A stretch of 64,000 nucleotides of DNA from Spirochaetia bacterium. Lineage in GTDB: Bacteria; Spirochaetota; Spirochaetia; CADAEX01. Below, piece by piece: positions 39,454-49,240 of this stretch (positions are counted from its first letter, which is position 1; every line of letters starts with the position of its first letter). The stretch is taken from positions 1 through 64,000 of the forward strand of contig CAXXHA010000032.1 in assembly GCA_963662265.2 (NCBI GenBank), written 5' to 3'. A program made the position numbers and the translations under genes. A model generated the notes under the pieces. That model did not search any database. It was given only the letters and a program-made list of their open reading frames with translations, and was not told where the DNA came from.

Positions 39454-42351
39454 TCAAACAGGCAGCTTTATCTTATCCAATTTATATCTGGAAAAATATT
39501 CACTGTATGATTCAAGCGCTTCACTGCCGCACAGAGAGGATCTTGAAGCGCTGTTGTAGTTTTCATAGAGCCGTTCAGCAGCTTTTACGATATCACTGAC
39601 AGTTGTTTTCAGCATTCTTTCTCTGTTTTTCTGCCTTATCTCATCCGAAAGGCCGTATAAATACCTTCTGATGTTTACATGACCTTTTTCTCCGGGGGAA
39701 AGAGGCTTTATCTCTTTTCCGACACAGTTGAGAACTGCTTTAAAAAGTTCATCCTTTGTAATATTTCCATCAATAATATATTTGAGAGAATCATGGAAAG
39801 CATCCTGTGTCCCTCTTATTGAAGGGTCCCTGTAGGATGAAAAGGTAAGAATACCCTCCATGCCGTTGACTGCAGAACCGACACCGTAAGCACCGTTTTC
39901 CATCCTCACCTTCTCCCAGAGGAAACCTGTATCAATAATCCTTGTCAAAAGCTTTTCATGGATAAATTCCCTGCTTCCCGATCTTGATGCCCTGATCACA
40001 GCAGCGTTGTAATTGACAAGCGACGGAATAATCATAGCCTGATAATTATTACCTGCCGCGCCTGATTCATTATTATCATCATAGACAGGGGAAGATGAAA
40101 CAGACTGGGGATTCTTTAAATACCTTGAAAGTATTTCAGAATTTTTTTCAAAACACTTTTTGTCTGATGTGAGTCCCGCAGTTACAGTTGCGTTATTGAC
40201 AATCCAGTCCCTTATTTTCTTGAGTATGCCTGCGGTATTTCTGATGACATCGGGATTCTCGGTATCAATATCTGTCAGAAACATCACCTGATCAGCTCCT
40301 GCCCATCCGGCCTGCCTTTTCAGCGACCTGCTCATTTTTTTTGATGCTGCAAGGGATGCGACATAGTTGCCTCTCCTAAGGAGTGATGCCCTGAAATCGC
40401 TTTTAAGCTCTGTGATAATATCTTTCAGTCTGTCATGATCATCAAAATCTGCCCCTTCAAGTATGCTGAAAACAAGATCAGACGCGCTTTCAAAACGCTC
40501 TTCAATAGCCTTATACCTCACAATTACATATTCATTGATACTGCTGTCAAAAGCCTTGCCTGTCTCTGGAAAAACAAAGAAACCGCCTGTGTTGAGCGCA
40601 AGTTCCCTTGCAACATCATAAAACGGGACTCCCGGCAGGCCTGATTCCCTCATTGCTCTAGCAAAGAGCGGAATATACATTTTCAGCTCTTCATCCATCG
40701 TTCTTATGTCATAGAAAAAATCAGCATAGACTATGCCGGCAGTAAAATAATCATGATAGAAGCAGGGTGAGGAATTTATCCTCCCTTCTGTATAGTCAAT
40801 TGTAAGCACTTTCCCGGGGATGTCGCTTTTATCAAGAACAGGTATTTTCCTGAGATCCTCTTCGCTGTCCCTGCTGTCCCTGTATTTTTCAAACAGGTCA
40901 GTATCTTCTTCAAGCTGCTCAGGGTTTATTTCGGGAATATATTCATCCTCTTCCTTAACATCACTGCTGTCAGGCTTTACAGTAACAATAGAACGGTGAC
41001 TGTTTTTAAGGAGCTTTTCTTTAATAAGCTTCTCAAAGTAATGCTCATCTTTTTCAAGGTTGCTTCTTACAGTTTTCATGTGGCTGGTGAAACCGATTGT
41101 ATGTGAAGGTTCTTTCCCATGAAGCCATCCCTGGCATGTCATATCCATGAGAAAAAGCCCGTACGGCCTTCCCCCTTTTATTTCACGGTTTACAAATTCC
41201 GCTGTCCTTAACGCTCCCTCTATCAGGTTTTTATCAAGCCCTTCAGACGCAGCCTTTTCAAGAGTATTGAAAATCAGCTTTTCAAAATCCTCTTCCCTCC
41301 CGGGGGATGTATCTCTCATACCTACTGAAAAGACAATCTGCCTGAGGTCTGTATCAATTCCGCTTACAGGGGCGAGATCCCCGCCTATATCAGATTTTAC
41401 AATTTCAAGATACAAAGGAGATGCGGAAGAACCTATCAGGATTTCTGTAAGAAGCTCCATTTCAAGGGCTTCAACAGGATCTGTTGAATCTCCGCAGAGC
41501 CAGTTGAGTGTTATACTGCATATACCCTTGCCATCCTCTGAATGGGATGTCCTGACAAGTTTTAACGGTTCTATTTTTTCCTGAAGAGGTGTTTCAGGGG
41601 GGCTGAATTCAGGTTTTGAAAAACTCTTAAGGAAATTCTCCTGCAGGAATTCAAGCTGTTTTTCTGTATCAAAGGAGCCGTAAAGAAAGATTCTGCAGTT
41701 TGATGGGTGATAGTATATTTTGTGGAATTCAAGAAATTCCTCATATGTCAGCTTCTTAATTTCATCAGGCATACCGCCGGAATCGTATTTATAGTTGTTA
41801 TCAGGAAAAAGGGAGCGGTAAGACCATTCCGCAAGAACAGAGTTATGATCGCTATAGCTTCCCTTCATTTCATTGAATACAATTCCTCCGGGTACTAGCT
41901 TATCGCCCTCTTTTTCATACCTTATCCCCTCCTGCATGAATGTCTCCTTCTTCAGAAGAGGGTAAAATACAGCATCCCCGTAAACCTTCATGAGGTTGAA
42001 ATAATCTTTTTCAACCGTACTTGCCCCGGGATAGACTGTTTTATCAGGATATGTCATTGCATTCAGAAATGTGTACATGCTGCTTTTCAGAAGCTCGATA
42101 AACGGATCCCTGAGGGGAAATTCCCTTGAACCGGCAAGAACAGAATGTTCTATAATATGCGCAGTCCCTTTGTTGCCCAGGGGGAGAGTCCTGAAAATAA
42201 AGGAAAAGAAATTCTCCTCGCTGTCATTTGCTATATGATATAAATCGCATCCGGTTTCTTCATGGATAAATCTTTTTCCGGATGATCTGTACTCGCCGAG
42301 ATCATCCTCAGAAACAAATTTAAAACCGTATTTTGATTCGCCAATTTTCAT
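39454..42351 (-). CDS. Zn-metallopeptidase M16C (presequence protease/insulinase family)
   Basis: Inverted zinc motif HIIEH, FLNAMTYPDKTVYP, VFNEMKG, GAYG and SYRDP. Confidence 0.93.
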   Translation of the reverse strand: MKIGESKYGFKFVSEDDLGEYRSSGKRFIHEETGCDLYHIANDSEENFFSFIFRTLPLGNKGTAHIIEHSVLAGSREFPLRDPFIELLKSSMYTFLNAMTYPDKTVYPGASTVEKDYFNLMKVYGDAVFYPLLKKETFMQEGIRYEKEGDKLVPGGIVFNEMKGSYSDHNSVLAEWSYRSLFPDNNYKYDSGGMPDEIKKLTYEEFLEFHKIYYHPSNCRIFLYGSFDTEKQLEFLQENFLKSFSKPEFSPPETPLQEKIEPLKLVRTSHSEDGKGICSITLNWLCGDSTDPVEALEMELLTEILIGSSASPLYLEIVKSDIGGDLAPVSGIDTDLRQIVFSVGMRDTSPGREEDFEKLIFNTLEKAASEGLDKNLIEGALRTAEFVNREIKGGRPYGLFLMDMTCQGWLHGKEPSHTIGFTSHMKTVRSNLEKDEHYFEKLIKEKLLKNSHRSIVTVKPDSSDVKEEDEYIPEINPEQLEEDTDLFEKYRDSRDSEEDLRKIPVLDKSDIPGKVLTIDYTEGRINSSPCFYHDYFTAGIVYADFFYDIRTMDEELKMYIPLFARAMRESGLPGVPFYDVARELALNTGGFFVFPETGKAFDSSINEYVIVRYKAIEERFESASDLVFSILEGADFDDHDRLKDIITELKSDFRASLLRRGNYVASLAASKKMSRSLKRQAGWAGADQVMFLTDIDTENPDVIRNTAGILKKIRDWIVNNATVTAGLTSDKKCFEKNSEILSRYLKNPQSVSSSPVYDDNNESGAAGNNYQAMIIPSLVNYNAAVIRASRSGSREFIHEKLLTRIIDTGFLWEKVRMENGAYGVGSAVNGMEGILTFSSYRDPSIRGTQDAFHDSLKYIIDGNITKDELFKAVLNCVGKEIKPLSPGEKGHVNIRRYLYGLSDEIRQKNRERMLKTTVSDIVKAAERLYENYNSASRSSLCGSEALESYSEYFSRYKLDKIKLPV

Positions 42352-42578
42352 TAATAATTACTCCCCGGTTGTTTTCTTTCAGATGCTGTGTCAGGCTTTA
42401 TTAAGTCAAAACACGGCATCATGGTCTGATTCAACAGACAATGCTTTCATATCTGAAGCTCATGATTTCACCTTAATGCCTTCTCAAACTCCCAGGGTAA
42501 TTATTACCCTGTTGTGTTTTCAGCCTGCAGGCAGCTTAAGGCATTTTATCATTCAATAGAGCTGTCAATTTCAGGCTG

Positions 42579-44732
42579 TTATACATCCCTGATGGAAAGT
42601 GAAATCCTCTTCCTTTCAGTGTCAATCTCAATCACTCTCACCTTTACTTTCTGGTTTACCTTCAGGAAATCAGCAGGGTCATTCACAAATGCATCTGCAA
42701 TCCTGCTCTTATGCACAAGCCCGTCCTGATGGACACCTATATCAACAAATGCTCCGAAAGCTGTTATATTGGTAACAGTACCTGAAAGAACAAGTCCTTC
42801 CTCAAGATCCTCGATAGAATTGATCCCGTCAGTATAACTGAAAAGCTCATACTCTTTTCTCGGGTCTCTGCCCGGCTTTTCAAGTTCACTGACAATATCT
42901 TTCAGTGTCGGAAGACCTGTTTTATCTGTAATATATTTTTCTATCCTTATCCTGGAAACATAATCCCTGTTTCCAACAAGCTTTTCAAGCGGCTCCCCAA
43001 TGTCTTCTGCTATCCTGTAGACAGTTTCATAACTTTCGGGATGGACAGAGCTTGAATCAAGAGGATTATTCCCCCCCTTGATTTTAAGAAATCCGGCAGC
43101 CTGCTGATATGATTTATCTCCCATACCCTTTACTTTCAGAAGCTCTGTACGGTTTTTGAACCTGCCGTTTTCATTCCTGTACAGAACTATATTATCTGCA
43201 AGCCTGCTGTTAAGACCGGAAACATAGTTTAAAAGCTCTGTTCCGCAGCTGTTCAAATCCACACCTACCTGGTTTACACAGGAAATTACAACATCATCAA
43301 GAGCAGATGTCAGTTTTTTCTGATTCACATCATGCTGGTACTGCCCCACTCCAATTGATTTCGGATCAATTTTTATCAGCTCGGAAAGAGGATCCTGAAG
43401 ACGCCGTCCAATTGAAACAGCCCCCCTTATTGTAAGGTCAAGATCAGGAAATTCCCTTCTTGCATTTTCTGATGCTGAATACACAGATGCTCCGCTTTCA
43501 TTTACAATTACACAGGGCGTATCTTTCAGAAATGAGATAGACTTGAGAAAATCAAGAACTTCCCTTCCACCAGTTCCGTTGCCAACAGCAACAGCTTCAA
43601 TATTATACTTATCGTGAAACCTCTTTATAATATCCACCCCGTTTTCCTTTTTTTTCTCATCAAAAGGAAAAAACACACCATATTCCAGCAGTTTGCCTGT
43701 CTCATCGACTGCGACAACCTTGCACCCTGTCCTGATACCCGGATCCACGGCAATAACAGCCTTGTTTCCATAAGGAGACTCTAGGAGAAGGTTTTTAAGA
43801 TTGTCTGAAAAAATAGCAATAGAAACATCATCAGCCTTTTCACGTAAAGCTGAAATCACCTCGTTTTCAAGAGAGGGATGGAGAAGCCGGCTGAAACTGT
43901 CGAGAAACGACTCTATTAGAAATGAATATACCTGGTCGGAATATTTTATATTTCTGCTTAACACAGTTCTTTTGATTATTGAAAGAGCCTTCTCCTCATC
44001 AACCTCTATCTTGACAGTGAGGAAGGAACTGTTCTTCCCCCTGAGAACTGCAAGTATACGGTGGGGAGCTGCCCTGTAAGCTCTCTCACTGTAATCAAAA
44101 TAATCCCGGAAACGGGATGCCTCGTCCTGTTTCTTCTTTATGACTGATGATGTCAGAAGAGATGTCTTTTCATAGAACTCCCTCAGGACTTTTCTCACAT
44201 CAGCATTTTCATTCACCTTTTCAGCGATAATATCGGATGCCCCTTTAAGAGCTTCTTCTGTTGTGGCAACCCCTTTATCCGGATCAATATATTTCTGAGC
44301 TTCTTTTTCAGGGCTGACTGTCTTTCCATAGAAGATGCTGTCAGCAAGCCCTTCAAGCCCTTTCTCTTTTGCTGCCTTTGCCCTTGTTTTTCTTCCCGAC
44401 TTGTAGGGAAGGTACAGATCCTCGAGTTCTGCAAGAGTCTCTGCACTGTTTATTCTTTTTTCAAGATCATCAGTAAGCGAGTCTTTTTTCTCTATAACTT
44501 CCCTTATGTACTGCTTCCGCTTTTCAAGCTTTTCATAGAAGTCCTGTTTTTCCTTGACTGCCTGTATAACAGTCTCATCAAGAGAGCCTGTCATCTCTTT
44601 CCTGTACCTGGCAATAAACGGAACAGTTGCCCCTTCTTCAAGAAGTTTAAGTACTGCTTTTATATTTTTTTCAGCTATTCCGAGGTCATCAGAAACTGAT
44701 TTTACTATTTTAATGTTTTCATATTTTTCCAA
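42579..44732 (-). CDS. tex: Tex family RNA-binding transcription accessory protein (S1 domain)
   Basis: GATVPFIARYRKE, LEDLYLPYK, DPGIRTGCK, GASVYSAS, IGVGQYQHD and a C-terminal S1 domain (FGAFVDIGVHQDGLVH). Confidence 0.95.
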   Translation of the reverse strand: MEKYENIKIVKSVSDDLGIAEKNIKAVLKLLEEGATVPFIARYRKEMTGSLDETVIQAVKEKQDFYEKLEKRKQYIREVIEKKDSLTDDLEKRINSAETLAELEDLYLPYKSGRKTRAKAAKEKGLEGLADSIFYGKTVSPEKEAQKYIDPDKGVATTEEALKGASDIIAEKVNENADVRKVLREFYEKTSLLTSSVIKKKQDEASRFRDYFDYSERAYRAAPHRILAVLRGKNSSFLTVKIEVDEEKALSIIKRTVLSRNIKYSDQVYSFLIESFLDSFSRLLHPSLENEVISALREKADDVSIAIFSDNLKNLLLESPYGNKAVIAVDPGIRTGCKVVAVDETGKLLEYGVFFPFDEKKKENGVDIIKRFHDKYNIEAVAVGNGTGGREVLDFLKSISFLKDTPCVIVNESGASVYSASENARREFPDLDLTIRGAVSIGRRLQDPLSELIKIDPKSIGVGQYQHDVNQKKLTSALDDVVISCVNQVGVDLNSCGTELLNYVSGLNSRLADNIVLYRNENGRFKNRTELLKVKGMGDKSYQQAAGFLKIKGGNNPLDSSSVHPESYETVYRIAEDIGEPLEKLVGNRDYVSRIRIEKYITDKTGLPTLKDIVSELEKPGRDPRKEYELFSYTDGINSIEDLEEGLVLSGTVTNITAFGAFVDIGVHQDGLVHKSRIADAFVNDPADFLKVNQKVKVRVIEIDTERKRISLSIRDV

Positions 44733-45117
44733 GGGAACACCTGCCTGAAGCGATTTTTAGGATTTAAGCATCCTGTCCTGTGCTGAAAAACACTGTCTGT
44801 AAGGATATACATTTCTGTCATTAACTGTAAACACAGTAAGGAGATAATTAGGTACAGTAATGAAAGGTTTTAGCTGTTTTTTTCTGTATTCAGATATTAT
44901 TTCAATAATAATGAGCATAATCCTGATAACAAGGCAAATTTCAAATGCAATCTGTTTTCAATATGAACCCGGGTTTTCTCAAAGTCTTATTCATTGAAAT
45001 ACATGCAATTAAACAATATAGGGAAAAAAGTGAGTATTATGTGCTCTCAGGTTTTATGAAGCACTGTCAGGAGAGCAGTCTATTGACAATAACTGTTTTG
45101 CTGATTACAAAAAAGAT

Positions 45118-46068
45118 ATGAGATTCGAGCTTTTGAAAAAACGTTCAGATATTATCAGGACAGTGAGGGATTTTTTTTACAACAGGAACTATCTTGAAAT
45201 AGAAACACCTCTTCTGTCGCCCCATCTTATACCTGAAGCACCGATAGAAATATTCAAAACAGAAAGAATATCCCCCTACAGCAGCAGCCGGGCAGAAATG
45301 TACCTAACACCTTCTCCAGAAATATGGATGAAAAAAGCAATTTCAGAAGGGTCCGGAAATATTTTCCAGATTACAAAATCTTTCAGAAACTCGGAGCAGA
45401 AAGGAAAACAGCACAACAACGAGTTTACCATGATGGAATGGTATACAATGGGCGCAGATTACAACAGCTCTCTAAGCCTTACAGAAGAGCTCCTAGAAGA
45501 ACTCCACGGCAGGTTCAGATCAGAAAGCATAGAAAAGCCGGTTCTGAAGATATCGATGAGCGAGGCTTTTGACAGCTACACAGGCATAGATCTAAGCAGA
45601 TGCGGGACAACTGATGAACTGCACGAGGAGATAAAAAGGTGCGGGTATGAAGTCGGCGGCGGATACAGCTGGGAAGAGGCATTTAATTCAGTTTTTCTTT
45701 CCGAGGTTGAGTCCCGTCTCCCGGCAGACAGGCCGGTTGCATTGTTCGACTACCCTGGGCAGATACCATGCCTTGCGAAGAAGACAGAAAACGGGAAATT
45801 CCATGAAAGATGGGAACTCTATATCAACGGAATAGAGACAGCAAACTGCTACACCGAGGAAACTGACAAAGATATTGTGGACAGTTTCTTCAGGTCAGAA
45901 TTCAGACTGAAATCAGAATCCTCCGTCCCCCATTGTGTTGATTTCTCATATACAGACCTGTTTCATTCCTTCCCCCCCTGCTCAGGGACAGCTCTCGGCA
46001 TTGACAGGCTGGTAATGGCAGTATCAGGCACCGATGATATAAAAGATATTCTTTCTTTTATTTTCTGA
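45118..46068 (+). CDS. epmA: EF-P lysine aminoacylase EpmA (class II LysRS-like, no anticodon domain)
   Basis: EIETPLL, YLTPSPE..MK, FRNSE..HNNEFTMMEWY, ERWELYINGIETAN and SGTALGIDRL. Confidence 0.88.
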   Translation: MRFELLKKRSDIIRTVRDFFYNRNYLEIETPLLSPHLIPEAPIEIFKTERISPYSSSRAEMYLTPSPEIWMKKAISEGSGNIFQITKSFRNSEQKGKQHNNEFTMMEWYTMGADYNSSLSLTEELLEELHGRFRSESIEKPVLKISMSEAFDSYTGIDLSRCGTTDELHEEIKRCGYEVGGGYSWEEAFNSVFLSEVESRLPADRPVALFDYPGQIPCLAKKTENGKFHERWELYINGIETANCYTEETDKDIVDSFFRSEFRLKSESSVPHCVDFSYTDLFHSFPPCSGTALGIDRLVMAVSGTDDIKDILSFIF

Positions 46069-46292
46069 TTTTTCCTTTTATAATATTATTGAAAACAGCA
46101 GAGCAGTTATTTCGGTTTATCATCTGCAGCCAATCCTTGTAAGCAGATGGTTGTACTCTGCAAACCGGCAGCTTTAATTATCAGACATTCTGATATTACT
46201 ACTTTAAAAAATCATAGTTTGATTTAAAAAAACGAAAGAATATGAATTCAGTATTAAATAAACAGTTTAAAGATATTAAACAGGGGGAATAA

Positions 46293-47624
46293 ATGGACTT
46301 CAGAATCAAGAATCTCGGAGAATGCAGGTATAAATCACCTTTAATTGATGACCTGGATAAATTACAGACAGCCTTTGTCGATGACAGCAAAAGGGTAAGG
46401 CTTAATGTAATTGTTGACGAGAATACTGAAAGCAGCGAAGAACCTACCTTGGAAATAGCAGGGCAGAGAAGAGATATTTATTTCAACCCTCCCTATACAA
46501 GAGCAGCTATTGTTACCTGCGGAGGCCTCTGCCCCGGTCTCAACGATGTGATCCGGTCAATTGTAATGGAATCACATTATCATTACGGCATAAATTCGAT
46601 TACAGGTATCAGGTACGGGTACAACGGGCTTAAGAATTTTAAAAAATATCCACCTATCGAGCTGACCCCCGATGTTGTCAAGGATATCCATACTATAGGG
46701 GGAACAATACTCGGATCATCGAGGGGCGGTACAGACAATATTGATGAGCTTGTAGATGCGCTTGAGCATATGGGAATAAATATTCTTTATGCTATAGGGG
46801 GCGACGGAACATTAAGCGGGGCAAGGGATATTTCTAAAAGGGCATCTGAACGGGGACTGCCGCTTTCCGTGATAGGTATTCCGAAGACAATTGACAATGA
46901 TATTAACTATATCCAGAAATCATTCGGTTTTGAAACAGCATTCTCCAAGGCTGTTGAGGCAATATCAGGGGCCCATGTTGAAGCAAACGGGGCGCCGAAC
47001 GGTATCGGCATTGTCAAACTGATGGGTAGGCATTCAGGCTTTATAGCAGCCTACGCTACACTTGCCATGAATGATGTAAACTTTGTGCTTGTCCCGGAAG
47101 ACACATTCGACCTTGATCCTCCCAACGGACTGTTGGCCCACCTTGAGCAGTATCTTATCAAGAGAAAGCACGCAGTAATCTGTGTTGCGGAAGGGGCTGG
47201 ACAGGAACTGATAAAATCAGACAAGGAACTGGGAACAGATAAATCCGGCAATGTGAAACTGAAGGATATAGGCTTGTATTTAAAAGACAGGATTGATAAC
47301 TATTTCAGAGACAGGATGGAAGTCAATGTGAAATACATTGATCCAAGCTACATCATAAGGAGTGAGCCTGCCTGCCCGAACGACTCTCTTTTCTGCGCAC
47401 TTCTCGGACAGTATGCAGTGCATGCAGGAATGGCCGGAAAAACAGAAATGGTTGTGGGGCTTATAAACAATGTCTATGTACATGTGCCGATTGAAATCGC
47501 GGTATCTGAAAGGAAAATAATCGATATAAAATCCCAGTTCTGGAACAATGTGCTTCAGGCGACAGGTCAGCCATACAACATGAGAAACTGCTGTGATCTT
47601 AACCTGGATAAAGATAATAAATAA
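46293..47624 (+). CDS. pfkA: ATP-dependent 6-phosphofructokinase (group X, PPi-PFK-like clade)
   Basis: TCGGLCPGLN, GGTILGSSRG, GGDG (ATP-type Gly), PKTIDND, MGR and YIDPSYIIRS. Confidence 0.9.
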   Translation: MDFRIKNLGECRYKSPLIDDLDKLQTAFVDDSKRVRLNVIVDENTESSEEPTLEIAGQRRDIYFNPPYTRAAIVTCGGLCPGLNDVIRSIVMESHYHYGINSITGIRYGYNGLKNFKKYPPIELTPDVVKDIHTIGGTILGSSRGGTDNIDELVDALEHMGINILYAIGGDGTLSGARDISKRASERGLPLSVIGIPKTIDNDINYIQKSFGFETAFSKAVEAISGAHVEANGAPNGIGIVKLMGRHSGFIAAYATLAMNDVNFVLVPEDTFDLDPPNGLLAHLEQYLIKRKHAVICVAEGAGQELIKSDKELGTDKSGNVKLKDIGLYLKDRIDNYFRDRMEVNVKYIDPSYIIRSEPACPNDSLFCALLGQYAVHAGMAGKTEMVVGLINNVYVHVPIEIAVSERKIIDIKSQFWNNVLQATGQPYNMRNCCDLNLDKDNK

Positions 47625-47641
47625 CCGGGAAATAATATGAT

Positions 47642-47675
47642 GAGGGGGGCTTTATTTAAAGCCACCCCCTCTTTT
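47642..47675 (+). terminator. Rho-independent terminator after pfk
   Basis: gaggggggcttt/aaagccaccccctc stem followed by tttt. Confidence 0.65.
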
Positions 47676-47833
47676 CCCATATATAAGCTGAATAAACTCA
47701 AACATACACATTCGGAATCAGAGGATTTTCCTGATCACACTTAAACAAAGAGTATCAGTCATCACCCTCAGAACAAACACTACACAGTTTTGAGTCAGCA
47801 TGCTGCTGAGCCCCTGTATCACGGGCCTGTAAC

Positions 47834-47862
47834 AAAAAAAAAAGCTGCCGGATGGCAGCTTT
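47834..47862 (-). terminator. Rho-independent terminator after glycerate kinase
   Basis: aaagctgcc-ggat-ggcagcttt with a long A-run on + (U-run on -). Confidence 0.75.
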
Positions 47863-47877
47863 CAGATATGTTTAAAT

Positions 47878-49240
47878 CTAACCCAGCAGTATTATCTGAA
47901 CATCCCCGACATTGGTATTTGTGGCGCCAGTCATAAGAAGCGAATCACATTTTTTGAAAAAATGGTATGAATCATTACGGCTCAGATAGTCCTGGATATC
48001 AAGATCTTTCCCGCTGCTCTTTTCAAGCACTTCAAGAGATGCATATGCGCCTGCCGCATCTGTAGGCCCGTCATTACCATCAGTTCCGCCGGAAAGGAAA
48101 CAGCAGTTTTCATAAAGGGAAGGAGATCTTTTAATTTCATCTAGAAACGCAAGAGCCATTTCCTGGTTCCTGCCCCCCTTGCCTTTTCCACGGATAGTTA
48201 CTGTAGTCTCTCCGCCTGCTATAATGCAGACAGGCTTATCAGTACCTCCTGCAAGAAGGCTCCTGCCGTCCCTCGCCAGGGCTGAATAGAATTTTGCCAC
48301 TTCCCTTGCCTCCCCGGTAATTGAAGATGAAAGGACATATGTTTCATAACCGAGAGAAACTGCTTTTTCCCTGGCAGATATCAATGATTCCGTATTTGTC
48401 CCCATCAGGATATTATTCACTTTATCAAAGACAGCATCATTCTCATCAGGTGTATCTGGAATTTCACCGCTGCAGCCAAGCTCAACAGCATTCTTCACAT
48501 TCTCAGGAAGACTGTCATATATTCCGTATTTCAGAAATATATTTTTTGTATCATTGAAACTGCTTCTGTCGGGAGAAGTAATTCCCGATGCAATTACAGA
48601 AAGATCATCACCAACAACATCGGAAAGAATAATGTTGAATGAAACAGCAGGATACATGGCAGCTGCTGTCTTTCCCCCCTTAACATCTGAAAGGTGTTTC
48701 CTTATTGTATTAAGTTCATGGATATCAGCACCGCATGAAAGAAGAAGCTTTGTTGTCTCCTGTTTTTCAGCAAGTGTCAGTGAAATTTTATCATTAGAGA
48801 CAGGATTGCAGTAGAGAGCAGATCCTCCCCCTGAAATCAAATTGATAAACAGGGTTTTCTCATCACCGGACAGGTGAAGCTCCCTTATTCTTTTCCCCGC
48901 TTCAAGGCTTTTCTCACCCGGCACAGGGTATTCAGCTTCTATTGTTTCAATATATTCAAGCTTTTCAGTATGTCCTGTTTTGACACTAATAAGGCCGCCT
49001 GAAATTCCTGCTTCCCAGAACCTTTTCAACCGCAAGAGCCATTCTGGCTGTCGCTTTTCCTATACCTGTAACAACAATTCTTTCAAAATCATCAAGATTA
49101 ACAGATTTTATCTCTCTCCCCGACCGAAGTTCCAGAATATTTCCGGCAACCTTCATGTTACCTGTAATCATCTTGTAGGGATTTACCCGGTCAAGGGCAG
49201 CATTGAAAATTTCATCAATATCTTTGTTTATTTGAGCCAT
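47878..49240 (-). pseudogene. Glycerate 2-kinase (DUF4147/MOFRL family), frameshifted
   Basis: The N-terminal ORF (MAQINK...GIGKATARMA) and the C-terminal ORF (LISGGGSAL, RKHLS.VKGG, SDVVGD, GGETTV, GGRNQE, GTDGNDG, TNTNVGD) are joined by a one-base frameshift near 49006-49008. Confidence 0.8.

Noticed and set aside
45118-46068. epmA without adjacent efp/epmB
   Set aside because: These genes are often unlinked, and absence cannot be judged from one window.
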